A stretch of DNA of 61,637 nt, counting the filler, from Sluysia triapertura (lineage: Eukaryota), in NCBI GenBank assembly GCA_046118255.1. It is 5 parts of 5 records of this genome, joined end to end, with 100 filler letters (N's around TTAATTAATTAA, not from the genome) between each part and the next. Parts side by side here need not be neighbours in the genome. Positions count along the whole stretch, not along the records: positions 10,952 to 23,361 come from JBJNIA010112422.1; positions 23,462 to 35,893 come from JBJNIA010110423.1; 3 more parts are not named here. One strand, written 5' to 3'. Positions 12,424-26,897 of the stretch are shown here, one piece after another; within the stretch, counting starts at the first letter, position 1, and each line of letters starts with the position of its first letter. A program made the position numbers and the translations under genes. The notes below the pieces were generated by a model. That model had not been told where the DNA came from. It searched no databases and saw only the letters and a list, made by a program, of their open reading frames with translations.

Positions 12424-15400
12424 GTTATTAATTTTTCTGTTTAGGTAATGTAAATTAATTCATTAATAATAAGCAGGACAAATCCGTGTTATTTTTAGTT
12501 TTAACGCTAAATTCAAAATAAAATCATTGGTTTTGAAATTAGTGACTTTCCTGTGTTTAAATGTAAATTTTAAGCAGAGATATGGAGTGGAAGCCTAAAT
12601 GACCTAATATTAATTTACAAATAAACTCTTATTACTATTTTAAGAATGAAATTTTTTTCCTAATATTTATATCTGGATATCATTGACTTTTTAATGTGTT
12701 ATTTTTGCCCATCATTACTAACTCCTCATATTGTTTCCAGTTATCTAATTCATTTATATTATTTCTATATATTACTTGAAATTAACAAAATGTTAATTAT
12801 TAGAAATTATCTACATAGTATCGCAGGATTAACAACTCGAAGTTTATCACGACTTTATAATTTTATAATTATGAAACTTGACGTATTATATAGGTAATAG
12901 GTGAATTTGTAATAAATTTCTTACAAATGATTGTTCAAAATCCATTTGTTTTTAATTTGGATTAGCTTTTATTACTACATTTTATTTCTGAATTTGTCTC
13001 GATGTTAAAAGTGGAAATGCATAATTTTTATAATTATTTTATCGAAAATTGTGTATTTAATCAAAATACAGAATAAAACGATACATGAGGGTATGCAAAT
13101 TTTGCTTAAATAAATTATAATATGTACTATAATTTTGCTTAAAAGATCACAATCAAAATAAAATTACCTCTCTTAAAACATTATGAGCGAAGTGGGTATT
13201 AGTATCAGCTTCATGGACTCCTGTCTATCAGTGGATTAGGTATTTGTACCCGTTTCGTGGACTTCAATTTCACCCCTGTGTAATATATTTTGGTGTGTTA
13301 AGCTATCTGCTCATTATGTGTTAATCAAATTTAATTTAGTAGTTACGCATTAGTTTGTGATTGTTAGTATTCGTTTTTCATTTCTATTTTAATAAAATCT
13401 TGGTTTTTTGTAGTTTTGTGTTACCACCTGAGCTGTAATATTCTCTACTTGCCAAATAATTGTTCAGAATTCTAATTAGTATTGTGTACTAGTTCTTTTT
13501 TTGTTCACTTTTCGAATTTAGGATATTTTAAGTTGTTTCTTCTAAAGGCACCAAGGTATTCTTTTAAAATTACTAAGATTTATTAATTTTATTTTATTTT
13601 TAGATTATATAATAATTTACTATTAAATTATTACTCTATAATTCTCACATTGCTGAGGTAATTATTTGATTAATTTATGGGTTCGCCTACAATAAATGAT
13701 TTATAACCTTCATAGGATTTTATGGATGTTCTTTTGTAAAGTTAGTTTCCAAGGTGTACGTCTGTACGTATAGTCTATTTCAATATATGCACAACTAGAT
13801 ATATTATTTATTCTTATGCGATCAATTATTAATAATTTATCACTTAACATCACTTCTTACAACTATTCTTGAAATCAAAACAACCAGAATATGAAGGTAT
13901 AATTGTATTGCGCAATGAAATGGTAATTACAAAAATTAACAATGTAACAGAATAAAGAATAAAACCTATCAATTAATAACATGCTAGATCAACTAGTGCA
14001 CACTTTAAAAGATAAAATGAGTGTTATATATTACAATATCTTAATATTTGGATTTAAATCTGTATTTTAATGGAATTATTTTAAATTTGTTTTAAGTATT
14101 TGAGATATTTTAGTCCTGCATTAAACTTGCGAAATAATTTAACACGCTCATTGTACATGGTTTGGCAGTTTGGCCAAGATGAATTCTCGCAGGTGAACCC
14201 CATGGGATTCAACGTGTTAACCAACGATAACATATTAATCTGTTAATATCAAAGGATCATATACTTAATTCAAATATAAAATTGATGCCTAGTTTTTCAA
14301 TAGACCAAAAAACAAATTTGTGATTCCACAACCGTATAAACAATTGTTTCAATAATAACTGAAATTATGTTAAAATTGTGTCAAAAATAGTGACAACGAT
14401 TGTGAAAAATTGCGCAATAAAACGGACTCAGTATTCATGTGATTTTGGGCATTAATCGCATTAATATTAAATTTCTTTATAAGCTTATCAGTATATGATG
14501 ATGGTGATTATTATTACGATTATCATATATTATTATTAGCATACAATTCATTTTATTAATATATTATATTCATTATCGTTATAAGATTGTGAATGGGAAA
14601 TATGACACAATAGTATTGCAAAGTGTCTAGCACATCCTGAATTTGGTACTTTTTTCAAATAATAATTTAAATGTCTGTAATTATATAAGAAAAAAGATAA
14701 AAATAATGCTTTGTTATTTTATTTTTATTTATGCTTAAATTTTTTGTTAAAACGTTCGCCTATGAATGTCTACATTGATGCTATTAGGCACAATTAAATT
14801 ATTATTAAAATAAAATTATTTATAAAATCTTAACTCAATGTTAAAGTTATTATGAAGGCCAGAGTTTACTCGTCTCTGATGTAAGAGGTTGAAGTGCTTT
14901 TATATAGGGACTCTTAATTTGAATTCTCATTTTAATCTCTAATGAAAACAAACTCTAATTGTCTAAAATTTATTACAGTAAATTATTATTCAATCCAAAT
15001 AAAGTATGCACAGAAATATTGAGGAACCACAGGTTACTAGTAATGCTATAATTTTGTACAATTTTAATATTTCTCGTTGGAAATTATTAAGTAACAAATA
15101 ATTTATAATTTTTAAAAAATTAACAGTTATTGTAGAATTACCATAAATGCAAATGGCTAGTTTTCTTGACCGATAACTTCAAATTATCTTCAATTAGTAA
15201 ATGATTTCAAATTATCTAAAATTAAATGACTTTAAATATTCCCAATAGATTATGTCTTTTCAGTGAAAAACACCACTTTACAAAGCATTTTATGAATGTT
15301 ATATCTTGGCCTAAAATTTATTTATCTATTTTCTATTTGATTTATTTAATTTGATCTATTTAATTTATTTTCTTATTTAATAACATCATCCAGCCAATTT

Positions 15401-15499
15401 TGTTTTATGATAAAATATTTTTTCAATTATGTTCCATATTTCATTTATATTAGGCCAATTTATTGTATAGTTATACGTAGTTAAATACAGTTATAATTT

Positions 15500-17394
15500 T
15501 GATAGTAATTTAATACAGTATAACTGAACATTTAGTTATTGTTACATATTTGTTATTGCAATAAAGAAATAAGATAATGCTTTACACTATTTATACCACG
15601 ACTTTGTATATACCGATTTCGACCAAAAAGTGCCTTTGCGCTTGAAGTTGTCGCCGTATTTATTCTTTTATGGCGTTCTTTATACTCAACTGTGAGTTCT
15701 AACTGGAATAAAGTATTCCGATTAAATCGAGAATATTGTGCCCAGGTCATCTACGGGACTTACATTTTACACTATATTTTCTAGCCATTGGGTCAGTTAC
15801 AACGGCCACAAATTTGTGCTATTATAAAATTTAATTGTTTCTGGAAAACGTTTTATTGCTATTTTCCACTTGTACTTATTAAAAGTACTTTTTTGTTTGG
15901 CTTACTTTTATAAATTGTTAAAGTTGAACTAATAGATGCGTAAAGTTGCATTATGAAGCGTTTCATTTTTGCAGATTTTTGAAGTTCTGTAGTAACGTTC
16001 CTGACCCTGCCAGTAAATTGCTCATGAGCTTCAAAACCAGAGACTCACCTAATGAAATTGATACCGGTATTTTGTCTTTTCCCAAACATGGGAACCCGTT
16101 GATAATATGTTTATCCTTTACATCAGATGTCCGCCAAAATTTTATGTCACAACCGGTTTATTCGGTATGTATTGGATGAACCTACATCTAGCTTTAGTCG
16201 GAAGAGCTTTTCGTCAACTGCTTTAAATGAATGAATGCCATACTTTTGATACCAAAACATTTATTTTCTCTCAATTTGTCTTTTCTCGTCTTTTTCATCA
16301 ACCTGCAAGAATTTTAGTATTTTCATAAAGGAATTGGCTCATGGTATTCGAAAAAAATGAAGGATCCCATTTCTTATTCCATAAAAGCGATGCGTGGACA
16401 TTTTTTTGATCACGTAGACCACGTACGTACAAAAGAGCTATAAATGCTTCTAATTTATCTCTAGGTAATTTATTTTCCCAAACTCTTCGTGCTTCCACTT
16501 CCGTAGATTTTATAATGTATTCCGTAATGTGGTTGTCAAATAGTAAATAAAATGCTGTGCTTACCTTCCTCTTCATAACATTTCTTTCGGCATGTCCAGT
16601 TGTACCAGATATACCTTTGAAAATAATGTGAAAAGCTGGTCTCCCAGGAGAGGAACCTGTTTCGATTTTCTTCCAAACTGTACCGTCTAGAGCAATTTCA
16701 ATATTCTCTTGCTCATTGTTTTCTTCATTGTCTTCAGAATCTGTCAACAACCTATTTCTTTTTCGTCTTCTACTTGCATTCAAAGTATCTTCCTCTTCAG
16801 TGTTTGAAAATTATTTTCACATTTGCTATCGCTATCGATTTCATGGACACTTTCGGAAAATTCAGCCAACTCATCTTCTCTTTCAGATTCTGAACTTTCA
16901 TCAATCTGAGAGCATTCTTCATTTATATTACTTATATTACTCCTTCATTTATGAGATTCTGGACATCCTTAGGATTAGTTATAAACTAACGAAATAATTT
17001 AAAATAAAATATTATACATTTCTATTTACACACCTGAAATGGCAATTTCAACTAATTTTACGACTGCGAAGGAAATACAAAAACTCCAACACTATTACTT
17101 CAATGATCTGCAGTAAAATGGAACATTGCAAATAGCAACCGAATATAAAAATTATAACGGTAATTTCTCTATCTTCTATTACAATTGAAATGGTGTTGCC
17201 AAATATTAAGTGTAAATTAACTTAAAATTTGAAAATGTTGTAAAATCGTACTAGAAATAGCTATGCCAGCTGAAGTAAAATTTAAATTTAATAAATTTAA
17301 CAATTATTATACGAGAAGTCAAAACATGAATTGAGAAAAAATGGTTAAACTTAGAAAATAATTTCAAAATAAAATGTTAAAGGTAGAAATAGTG
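15500..17394 (-). mobile_element. piggyBac element remnant inside GGA intron 7
   Basis: ORF 16298-16783 has an acidic N-terminus and FYLLFD...LEAFIALLYVRG...LW...FSNTMS. Downstream are VDEKLF (about 16215), IINGFPCLGKD (about 16090) and NVTT (about 15995). The terminus ...gtagaaatagtg|TTAA lies at 17394-17398. The left boundary is approximate. Confidence 0.88.
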
Positions 17395-19687
17395 TTAATA
17401 AATTATATTATATTTAAATGTTTAAATAAATTTAGTGGAACTACTATTGTGATTATGATTATTATATTATAAGGGTTTTTGTGATGCATTACCAACTTCG
17501 TTAATAAATTTTTCAAACTAAGATTAATAATAAAACAAGAATGAAAATGTATTATATTATTAATCATTAAAAATGTGACAGTCTAATTTTTTTAATGTCA
17601 AAGTTTTTTTCAAAATTAAAACTTATTTGTCCAACGTAAATTAACTTTAGCATTATAAGTTAAATATGATGTTATATAAAGTGATTGATGTATTTAAGTT
17701 ATGAAGTTTAGACCGTACATTTTTGATTGCTTAATGAAATGTTTGGATTATGTGAATTGTGATTATATTGTATTTTCTCGAAAATAGGCGATATCCCAAA
17801 AATAGGACATTCTACTGATTTTTAATATTAGCTATATCTTGAAAATAAACCTTCCAATTGTAATCCATCCAATCAAAATCATAAAATGGATTGTTTTTCA
17901 CTTGTTTGTTTTACATTGAAATGTATAATTTACAGAAATTAAGTCAATACGTTAATCTTTGTTCCACTTTCTATTATAAACCACGGTTTATTTTCAGGAA
18001 AACACGGTAATATGAATCAACATTATTACAACCAGTACGCATTTATTTTAATAATGTAGATTTTAATTTTCTATTTTTCGATGACTTTAGTAAATACTAG
18101 TTCAAAGTGCATGGATAGTTTTATATACGCAAATATAAATAAACTTTAATAATAAATAGTATTAGTAATATTATTAATAGATAATATTTATCTATGTTTA
18201 TTGAATTTTATCTGCAGAATTACTAGATTAACACTATAATTACCAACCAGTCAAAATGATGGATTTTACATTTATTTTTATAATAGGCAATATTTTCCAA
18301 ATTTATGATGACTTTATTGTGATAGCTTTAATTTTAGCATAACTATAAATTTATGACACGTAATGAAATGTTTGCAAAGTTTAAAAGGATTAATGTGATT
18401 TATTTTTTTACAAAGTCATTTAAATTTTAATTTTATATTGAAAACCAAATTCGAAATAAGACTTAAGATCTTTAGAAATGTTTAGTATTACTAAAAAGGG
18501 CTTAAGGCAAATAAAAATACGCATAAATTCGTTGTAATTTTAAACTGGGTACCTAACAAATCAATAAATTTTTAATTCTATTACAAATTAGAACAAAGTG
18601 AGTAGTAGAGCAAAAACTTTTAAAACATAACAATCTATCTTTGTATGACAGTTAAGGAGATCAGCTTGCTGTAACTTGTAGTACGTCTCATTGTAAATCT
18701 TCAACACGTGATTTATCAGCAGCATAATTCTTCGAGCAATCGATAGTTTTCACAGTTGAGATATTGACAATACATTAGACATTTTATTTAGACTCAAACT
18801 TGTGACTCAACGATGCATTAGTACTTGTGCATAAACTGACTGGAAACAACAAATTTAACATAAAAAAGTTTACATTTGTGCTATTAATAAGAATAGCAAT
18901 GAAATATTTAATTAGCCCAGTGAATAAATATGACAGAAATGAGAAACTACTCATTTTACTACAAGAGTTTTTACTTCAGAAAATTCTGCCCAATTAGATA
19001 TTGTATCAAAAACAGAACAAATTTAATTTTTATTTATAGTTGTTTCACATTGTTATTAATTGTGAAACATTCTTAGTTACCATACTTAGTAATTGTTTGA
19101 AAAGTAATTGTGTTTATTGTAACAGTATTTGATTGTTGAATTTTTAGTAACTAATGTAATTTTCAATGATTATTTTATATTGTGCTCTGCAGTATCAGTT
19201 ATGCTCATTTATTTTCAATAGTTATTATATTGCCGCTCCTTTATATGTTAGTTTGTAATTTTGAAGCAAAAAAATTGCTTAAATTTTATCTTATCTGAGC
19301 CATTTTGAAAATCACGAAAAACTATACATTTTTGAATGACTGAAAATTATTTACAATAAAATATTTCAAATTTTGAAATTGTTTGATGCAATATTAGTGA
19401 CCTTTAATCAAATGATATTTTTTAAATGCAAAAATGTGATCACATATTTACGAAAAAATATATATAAATATCATTTTAGACTTTAAATTATGTTTAATTA
19501 TTTCATCATTTCAAGTCTTTTTTTATGGAAAAATTTTCAACTTTGTATCAACAACAAAGGATGAAAATCATTTGAACTCCGACTATATTCTTCCATTGAA
19601 GTTCTTTTAGACGAATATCTTTCGTTCAAAATTTGACGTTTTGACAATGTTTATAATAATTTTAATGAATATTGCGACTTTAATTAA

Positions 19688-20068
19688 CACTAAACACACC
19701 GTGACGGGTCAATTGATCCATTAAATTGATTTATCTTTTATTTTTGTATGCAAAAAATAATCAAAAATGTATTAATATTTATTATATAAAAATATTTAAA
19801 TTGTTTTATATGTAAAAATAGCTATTTATTTTTATTATCTGGAAAAACAAAAAATCACGAATATATTTTTCTTGTGTAAAAATAAGCTTTTTGTTATTTT
19901 ATTTTAAATCAAGATAAGGAAAAACTATAATAGTTTAATTTGATATAAGTACAACAGTTTCAAATGAAATAATTGGATGTATAACATAAAAGATAGGATT
20001 TTATAGACATGGGTCATTTGACCCGTGCTGGAAGAATAGATATAGATAGACCGACGGTGTGGTTGGTG
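19688..20068. mobile_element. piggyBac-type MITE with TTAA target-site duplication
   Basis: TTAA|cactaaacacaccgt ... acggtgtggttggtg|TTAA, with subterminal gggtca-tt-gaccc palindromes near both ends. Confidence 0.85.
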
Positions 20069-20847
20069 TTAAATGGATCGTGATTGCAATCCAGATGATT
20101 ATTTAGACACATTGAGTGTGTGTTGGACATGTGTGGATGTCTGTATCAACATAATATTTTTTATTTTAATGGCAGCTAAAAATAAAGGTTAAATTGACAA
20201 TATCCTGTTAATATTGTATTTAGATCCTACATTAAGTTTAAGATTTGTCAAGATGATATTTATTGAATCCACTTCGAATGATATTGTACGAATTATTACA
20301 AAAATTGCACCTATAAATTGATTGTACATAGTAAAATTGCATGTTAAGTTCTACAATTATACAAGTCATAACTACATATACGATAGCTATTCTAAATTAT
20401 ATATTTTCGTAATTCGTAGTTATACATTTTGACATTTTGTTTTTATATTATTTTAAGATTGCAAGTTTTATTTGTATCTAGTGGAAGGGAGATATAATTA
20501 AATAAAGTAAATTTATTCACTATCTTAAGTCGGTCATCAAAAAATTAAACAGTTAATCACTAAAATTTATTTATACCAAATATTAAGCTTAGTAAATAGA
20601 TATTGCATTACTATGAAGTCCTTGTAAACAAATTACAAATTAACATTTGGTTAAAGGTTATCAAATTCATTTTAGATTATGCACAAATTAATTAGATAAA
20701 CTGTACTATTAGCAATTGTAACTACATTCCTTACCGTGTGTGTATGATTTAGAGAAATTGTTCATTAGGATTCGATAATTTTTATTTTCCAATAAAAATA
20801 TTAAATTCACAACGAATTTCAGTTTCCAATAAAACATTGTTTTTCAG

Positions 20848-20926
20848 GAATTAATTGATAATCTTGAAAAATCTCGGTCAGAAGTGTTCAAATTGTCTCG
20901 AGAAACTGAAGATACGGAATTTCTTA
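20848..20926 (+). CDS. GGA: GGA exon 8 (GAT domain)
   Basis: ttttcag|ELIDNLEKSRSEVFKLSRETEDTEFL|gtaagt. The phase-0 join continues exon 7 (...DMDIMK) and matches the GGA GAT helix ELxxxCExxRPxLFRLASxTED. The rest of the gene lies beyond the contig end. Confidence 0.8.
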
Positions 20927-21339
20927 GTAAGTTTATCTACACGTGATCTGTATTTATCTCATATTAATAAAAATGTGTTTACAAGTTTAATAACGGAGTT
21001 CAAGACAATGAGTTTTATTGTGCGTTATTTATCTCAGTAATAAAAAACGCATTGATAATCGCTGTCATGTTACTTAATTTAAACTAATTTAATTTAGAAA
21101 AAATCCAACTTATTAAATTATGACTTAGGAATTCAGTCGCCTGTAGAAGTTTATTACATAATAATTACACTTTTTTGCCTTTTTTCATTTTCATCACTAA
21201 TGGCATGCACATAATTGTAATAATTATATAAACCTTATTTAAAATATTCTAGATTATTATGAAATTGACTTTACTATGTTTGTAATATATTTCGCTATAT
21301 TACCTTTACTCGAATTATCGTAAATATTATGAATGTTTA

Positions 21340-21417
<78 letters not shown>
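21340..21417. repeat. palindromic microsatellite (AAT)14(ATT)12
   Basis: Read directly from the sequence; centre of symmetry at 21381/21382. Confidence 0.95.
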
Positions 21418-21816
21418 TTATTGCATACACAAATAATGGAAACCATTTTTAATTAAAACAATAAAAAATTTATGCATATTTTTTCTCAAAATAGAACTGA
21501 CTAATGACTGGAATAGAAAGTTGACTATTTTAACTTTTTTATCAATATTTATTAATTCTTTTGACTATAAAGATTTAACCTTTTCAATCCTACCAATTAA
21601 TTTCTAATAAATGTTTAATTTCCTGTCTTGGGATATTTTCGCAGTTTTTGCGCATTACACATTAGTAGTATTCAGAACGTCTCATGAAGTGTATGTCTCT
21701 AGATATAAAAATACTCTGGGAAAATATACGTTCCACCAAATTGCTCAATTACTAATTTAAAATTTGACATACTGAACATATTTCACATATTAGGTTGTCA
21801 TCACAACCCTCTAAAA

Positions 21817-22070
21817 CCTGGTTTCTCAGCTTTTTAACCCGCGACCCAATAAAATTTTTTCAGACTGCTCTGTGACCCAATTTTTTATTACATAAAGGAA
21901 TTCTAAGAAATAAAAGACATTCGCGTTTTGATTGTACAAATTAATTTTTTTAATATAGTTTATATTTATATTATAATATATATTATTTATACTAAGCCGC
22001 GAGTTCGCGACCCATAAAAAATTTAACGCGACTAAATATTTGGTCACGACCCAACGGTTAAGAAACCGTG
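21817..22070. mobile_element. hAT (Charlie/Buster-type) MITE with 8-bp TSD
   Basis: TSD ctctaaaa at 21809-21816 and 22071-22078. TIRs are cctggtttctcagc and gttaagaaaccgtg, with repeated (c)gaccca subterminal motifs. An inverted second copy lies at 50730-50959. Confidence 0.92.
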
Positions 22071-22119
22071 CTCTAAAATCATTTAAAATTTTTTTAAACA
22101 TTAAAAAAAATAAATTTAT

Positions 22120-22560
22120 TTTCCAAAACAGGAAAATAATTTCCTTAAAAAGAAAACAAATTTTCGAAAAAGGAAACTTCGTTTCTAAAAATAGAATAGA
22201 AACTTATAGAATGTACTAGAACATTCAGTCGATTTAATGAGATTCGCCATTTTAAAATTTTTAATTTTGTTTTGTTAGCTATGTTGAAAAATACAGTTTT
22301 AGATATTCTTTTGTTCACGGCAAACTTAGTTAATCTATTGGCATCACAACCAGATTTCCATGTATCATGTAAGATATTTTTTAAGGGTACACTAATTTCA
22401 TTTTAAGAAATTAAATTCTTTTAAATTCTGCCTAAAATTTATTTCTTAAACGTTAAGTTTCTCCGATATATTGAGAGGTAAAATACAGGTAACATAATTT
22501 ATTATATAAAACAATTAAAGGCCTCTGCTTTAATTGTAACATTGAGTTTTCACCTTTTGC
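22120..22560 (+). repeat. dispersed repeat, copy 1 (copy 2 at about 29500-29960)
   Basis: Collinear shared blocks: ttttcgaaaaa.gaaa.ttcgtttc, aagatattttt and ccgatatattgagag.taaaat. Confidence 0.7.
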
Positions 22561-23361
22561 TATCTTAATTTTAATTTCTACAATAATTTTATTTGATTTA
22601 AATTTAATATAAATTTAAATCTGTATTTATAGTAGTCCTTATTATGCTAAAAATTAGATTCAAAAATTGTTTAGAAAAAAATCGTATTTTTTTGTCATTT
22701 GATATATAAAATTACTAATTTTATTTCAGAATTTTTGTCAATGAAACAAAATCCCATTAACATTAAAATCATTAATATACAACAAAATTCATATCCTTTT
22801 TATTTTAACTCGATTATATTATCATTATTAGTTTTTTTCTTTCGAATACTCATTATGACAACTTGTACCTTTATAAATTTTGCTTTCAGTCTTGTTATAC
22901 AACTATTAGTTTAATATCTTAAGTAAACATTTACATTGATATCAAAAACAAAACTGAACTGTTGTATACAAACTAAATATTAGAAACTTATGTATGAAAT
23001 TTGATTATTTATAATGTTTATAACAATAAAATTATCAATGTAATTAGAAATGGAAAGTGTGTATTTATGTAGTCATTTTGACATTTCCTACAAGTTACAG
23101 TTGAATAAATACTTCTGCACACACAGTGACAAAATAATTTGATTATAAATTTATTTTATAATTGAAATATTATTTGTTTTTCATTTAAAATTATTATGCT
23201 AATGTCTACTTATAAAATAAGTTCTCTTATATATTTTTCCAAATTGGAAGAAGATCCCATATAACACCCTATATCAAAGAAGTATATTGGTTGCCAATAA
23301 AAGCAAGAATAGAATTTAAAATTATGACAATAATTTACAAATGCTTACATTACGGAAGTCC

Positions 23362-23461
23362 NNNNNNNNNNNNNNNNNNNNNNNNNNNNNNNNNNNNNNN
23401 NNNNNTTAATTAATTAANNNNNNNNNNNNNNNNNNNNNNNNNNNNNNNNNNNNNNNNNNNN
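23362..23461. other. artificial contig linker
   Basis: N44-TTAATTAATTAA-N44. Confidence 0.98.
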
Positions 23462-26377
23462 CTGCTACTTACCATAGAAAATTAAGGTAAGTCTTATGTT
23501 AAAAATAAAAAAATATTACGATATTATTTTTATTCTGTTTGAAAATTTTTGTTGCTACTTCTGAAATATATCTAAAAATCGTTTATAAATTTGCAAATTT
23601 TCAATCTAAAATATGATTATCTGTACTTTATTTCATCCAATATTTATTCTTCTAAAACAAACTTCATTATATTACATTCTAATTGTAATTCTGTATTTGT
23701 ATATTGTTATTTAATCGATTATCTCCTTTTAATAGCTTCCATAAGACATTTCCAATTTATTATCGGGAAAACATGTCCACGTGAACACATTCTTCCCATT
23801 TCGGGTAACTTTCATTTATTTAACCAGGTTGGGCAAGTGATTTCCATAGATGCTTTGCTAAATAAATCGGAAATATTGTGTTGATATTTAATTTCTTACT
23901 CTGCTATTCTCACTAATTAGTGAATACTCTACATATTTTACTATAAGTTTTAATTGCTTATGTATTATTATCATTTTTAAAAATATATTTTTATCAAAAA
24001 TATATATTTAAACAAAAAATTTAAACAAAAAATTATTTATTTATAATTATTCATCATTTATTAAAATTAATATTAATTATTTTCAATTTTAATTTATTTA
24101 AATAATATATAAATATTTAAAATGTTGCAATAAATTAAAACATTTTCTAAATATAGTTTTCATTTTGTTTCATTACACAAATGAATGTAGACTTGAAAAA
24201 TTTCTGAAAATTAATATGTGAATTTACAATTTAAATTAAAAACAATGTAAAATATTGAAATAAACAAAAAAATACAAAAGAAACAAAATTTTCAATTAAA
24301 ACTAAATTTATTATTAAAATATGTTTGCGTAAAAACATACAGAATTAGACTAAAATAAAGTTTCTTTTGTAAAATTAATTTCACAGTTAATATTGCACTT
24401 GATGTTTCTCTTAAATATCATTAATATATGATAATATAATTTTTGTAAATATAATTTTAATAGCAGTAAACAAACGGTGAATTCTACTGATAATTTAAGT
24501 TATTAATTAAATTATTAAAATTTGATATAAATTCATTTAGAGACTTTAATTTAATTTATTAGAATATTTTTATGTTTTAAACTATATTTTAAATTTTTCG
24601 ATTATTTTTCTTACATTAAATTATATGTATTTAGCAATAACTGATTTAACCCTGCAGTACGCAAATTAATTTCAAATCGGAGAAATAACTAGTAACACTA
24701 TGGTGCAAAATATTAACAATTCTCACATTTGGCGATAAATAATTATTTTCAATGCTACTTCAATAATTATTTTTCATTAACAGTACATATGTTGATGTTT
24801 ATGCTGGTATATAACAGAATGAAGTTGATACCTTAACCTTTGTATTGTGTCTTTATATTAGAATTTATTTTTATCATAAATTATTATAACCTATTAATAA
24901 CTTATTATATAATTATTTAAAAATTATTTCCTCTTAAATACACTATAATATTTAATTAATTAATGGATAATATTGATAAAATTATTTACAAAATTATTAT
25001 TGAGCTTTCATAAAAAATATCAAAATTTAAATTAAACATTTGTTTGCTAAAATTGTGATTAATAATTAATAATTAATAATTATTTGTTAAATAAAATTTA
25101 AAAAAATTTAAATTTAAATTTATAATAATTTTATTGGAACAATTTTTTACGATAAAACTATTTTACATTTTAAATTCAAAACACCTTTCAAAAAACTATG
25201 GAGTTATCTGAATTTTAGATATTTTAATTAATATTATTATAAATGCAATACATAAATCGAGAAAAGAAAATATATGCAAAATAAAACTTATTTTTACCGA
25301 ATCAGTTTTTTACATAAATTTATTTTATTTTTTTAGTTACAGAAAATCATATATTAACATATACTAGACATATTTAAACTCATCTAAACCAATTATTATT
25401 AAATTACTTTGAAATAAGTAATGGGGCCCTATGAACTAAACCGGATCCAATAATTAAATCTAGAAATTTATTAAAGTTTTATTATTTTAAATGAAAGAAA
25501 CTAACTAAGAAAGTAACTAATTTTAGCTTTCTTAATAAATAAAATCGAAGGTTAAATCTTTCGTTCAGACTTTTTTTATTAATGCAATTTATACTTTAAG
25601 GAAAAAATATCAGTTAAAAAAGATTTGATCAAATTGTTGGATATTGTTCAAAATATATCGAAGAAAATGCCTTGGAACAAATGAAACCAGTAGGTTTGTA
25701 AACTTCAGCTACGTAGAAAAAAATTATTTGAGAAAATCTAATGGGTCATACATAACCCATTAGGCGTGAAGATGTTAAGATTTTAACATTTATCTGTAAA
25801 AATTCAAAATACATAATTTTAATAAAATGATAATAAAATTAAAATCGAATAATGTATTTGAAACTTTCCGTTACACTTTCATTAAACCCAGACGATTTTC
25901 AATTATTATTTAATATTTAATTATTATAATTAATAAATTACTTTTATTTTCTGTTTTTAGTTGTTGAAATAATTAATTTATAAAAATTAAAATTATCTTT
26001 CTCAAAACTTTTAACTTACTAGATTTGAAGCATATATGAAACACAAATTTATAACAGCCAAAATTTTAATAAAATGTTTTCAGATAAAATGCAATATTTT
26101 ACAAAAATGTACAAACAGAAGTAACTAATAATATATATTTTACAAAAAATGAATTAAAAAAACCATTTTAATTAATGCCAATAATTTATTTAATTAATTT
26201 ATAGTCAAAAATTAAATTTTCTAAAAGACTAATTTAAAACGGTAAAATTAATAAATAATAATTAATTTAAATAATAAAATTAGTTACTTAAAAATTGGAA
26301 AAGTTAAATTTACATTTAAATTGATTTATTTTAAATAAATTCTTGTTTTAATAAGTGCATTTGTCACAATATAAAAT

Positions 26378-26381
<4 letters not shown>

Positions 26382-26453
<72 letters not shown>
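26382..26453. repeat. perfect palindromic microsatellite (TAA)12(TTA)12
   Basis: Read directly from the sequence; centre at 26417/26418. Confidence 0.95.
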
Positions 26454-26455
<2 letters not shown>

Positions 26456-26534
26456 CATAAAATACAATATTATACTAAAAATTAACAATTTTGAAAAATT
26501 ATTTTATAATGTAAAAACTTAATTTAATATTTAC

Positions 26535-26897
26535 TTATTTCTTCTTCTTCCACATTACTAATTGCAATTTCTTTCTTATTTTTATCAACAGATGATGTGG
26601 TTGTAATTTGAGATTTTATATCAACTTGTAATTTATCGGGAATATCATCAGGAACTTTACATTTCAAACCAAATCGTCTTTCTAATATTGTAATATTTGT
26701 AACAGAAAAATCGTAAAATTTCTGATTTTGTATACTTTTGTGAATATCATCCAGAAGACTTTTATCACAAAATTGCAATTCCAATTCTTTAGGATCTAAA
26801 TTATTTCCGTCTGATGTTAAGTTTGATGTTAATTTGAAATAAAAGAACCAATCTAATATAAGATCAGATCCAGATTCAATTGATTTTACATGATTAT
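26535..26897 (-). CDS. probable internal exon of an unidentified gene
   Basis: About 120 open codons (NHVKSIESGSDLILDWFFYFKLTSNLTSDGNNLDPKELELQFCDK...NVEEEEI) between a taag acceptor and a gtaaat donor. No family recognised. Confidence 0.45.
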
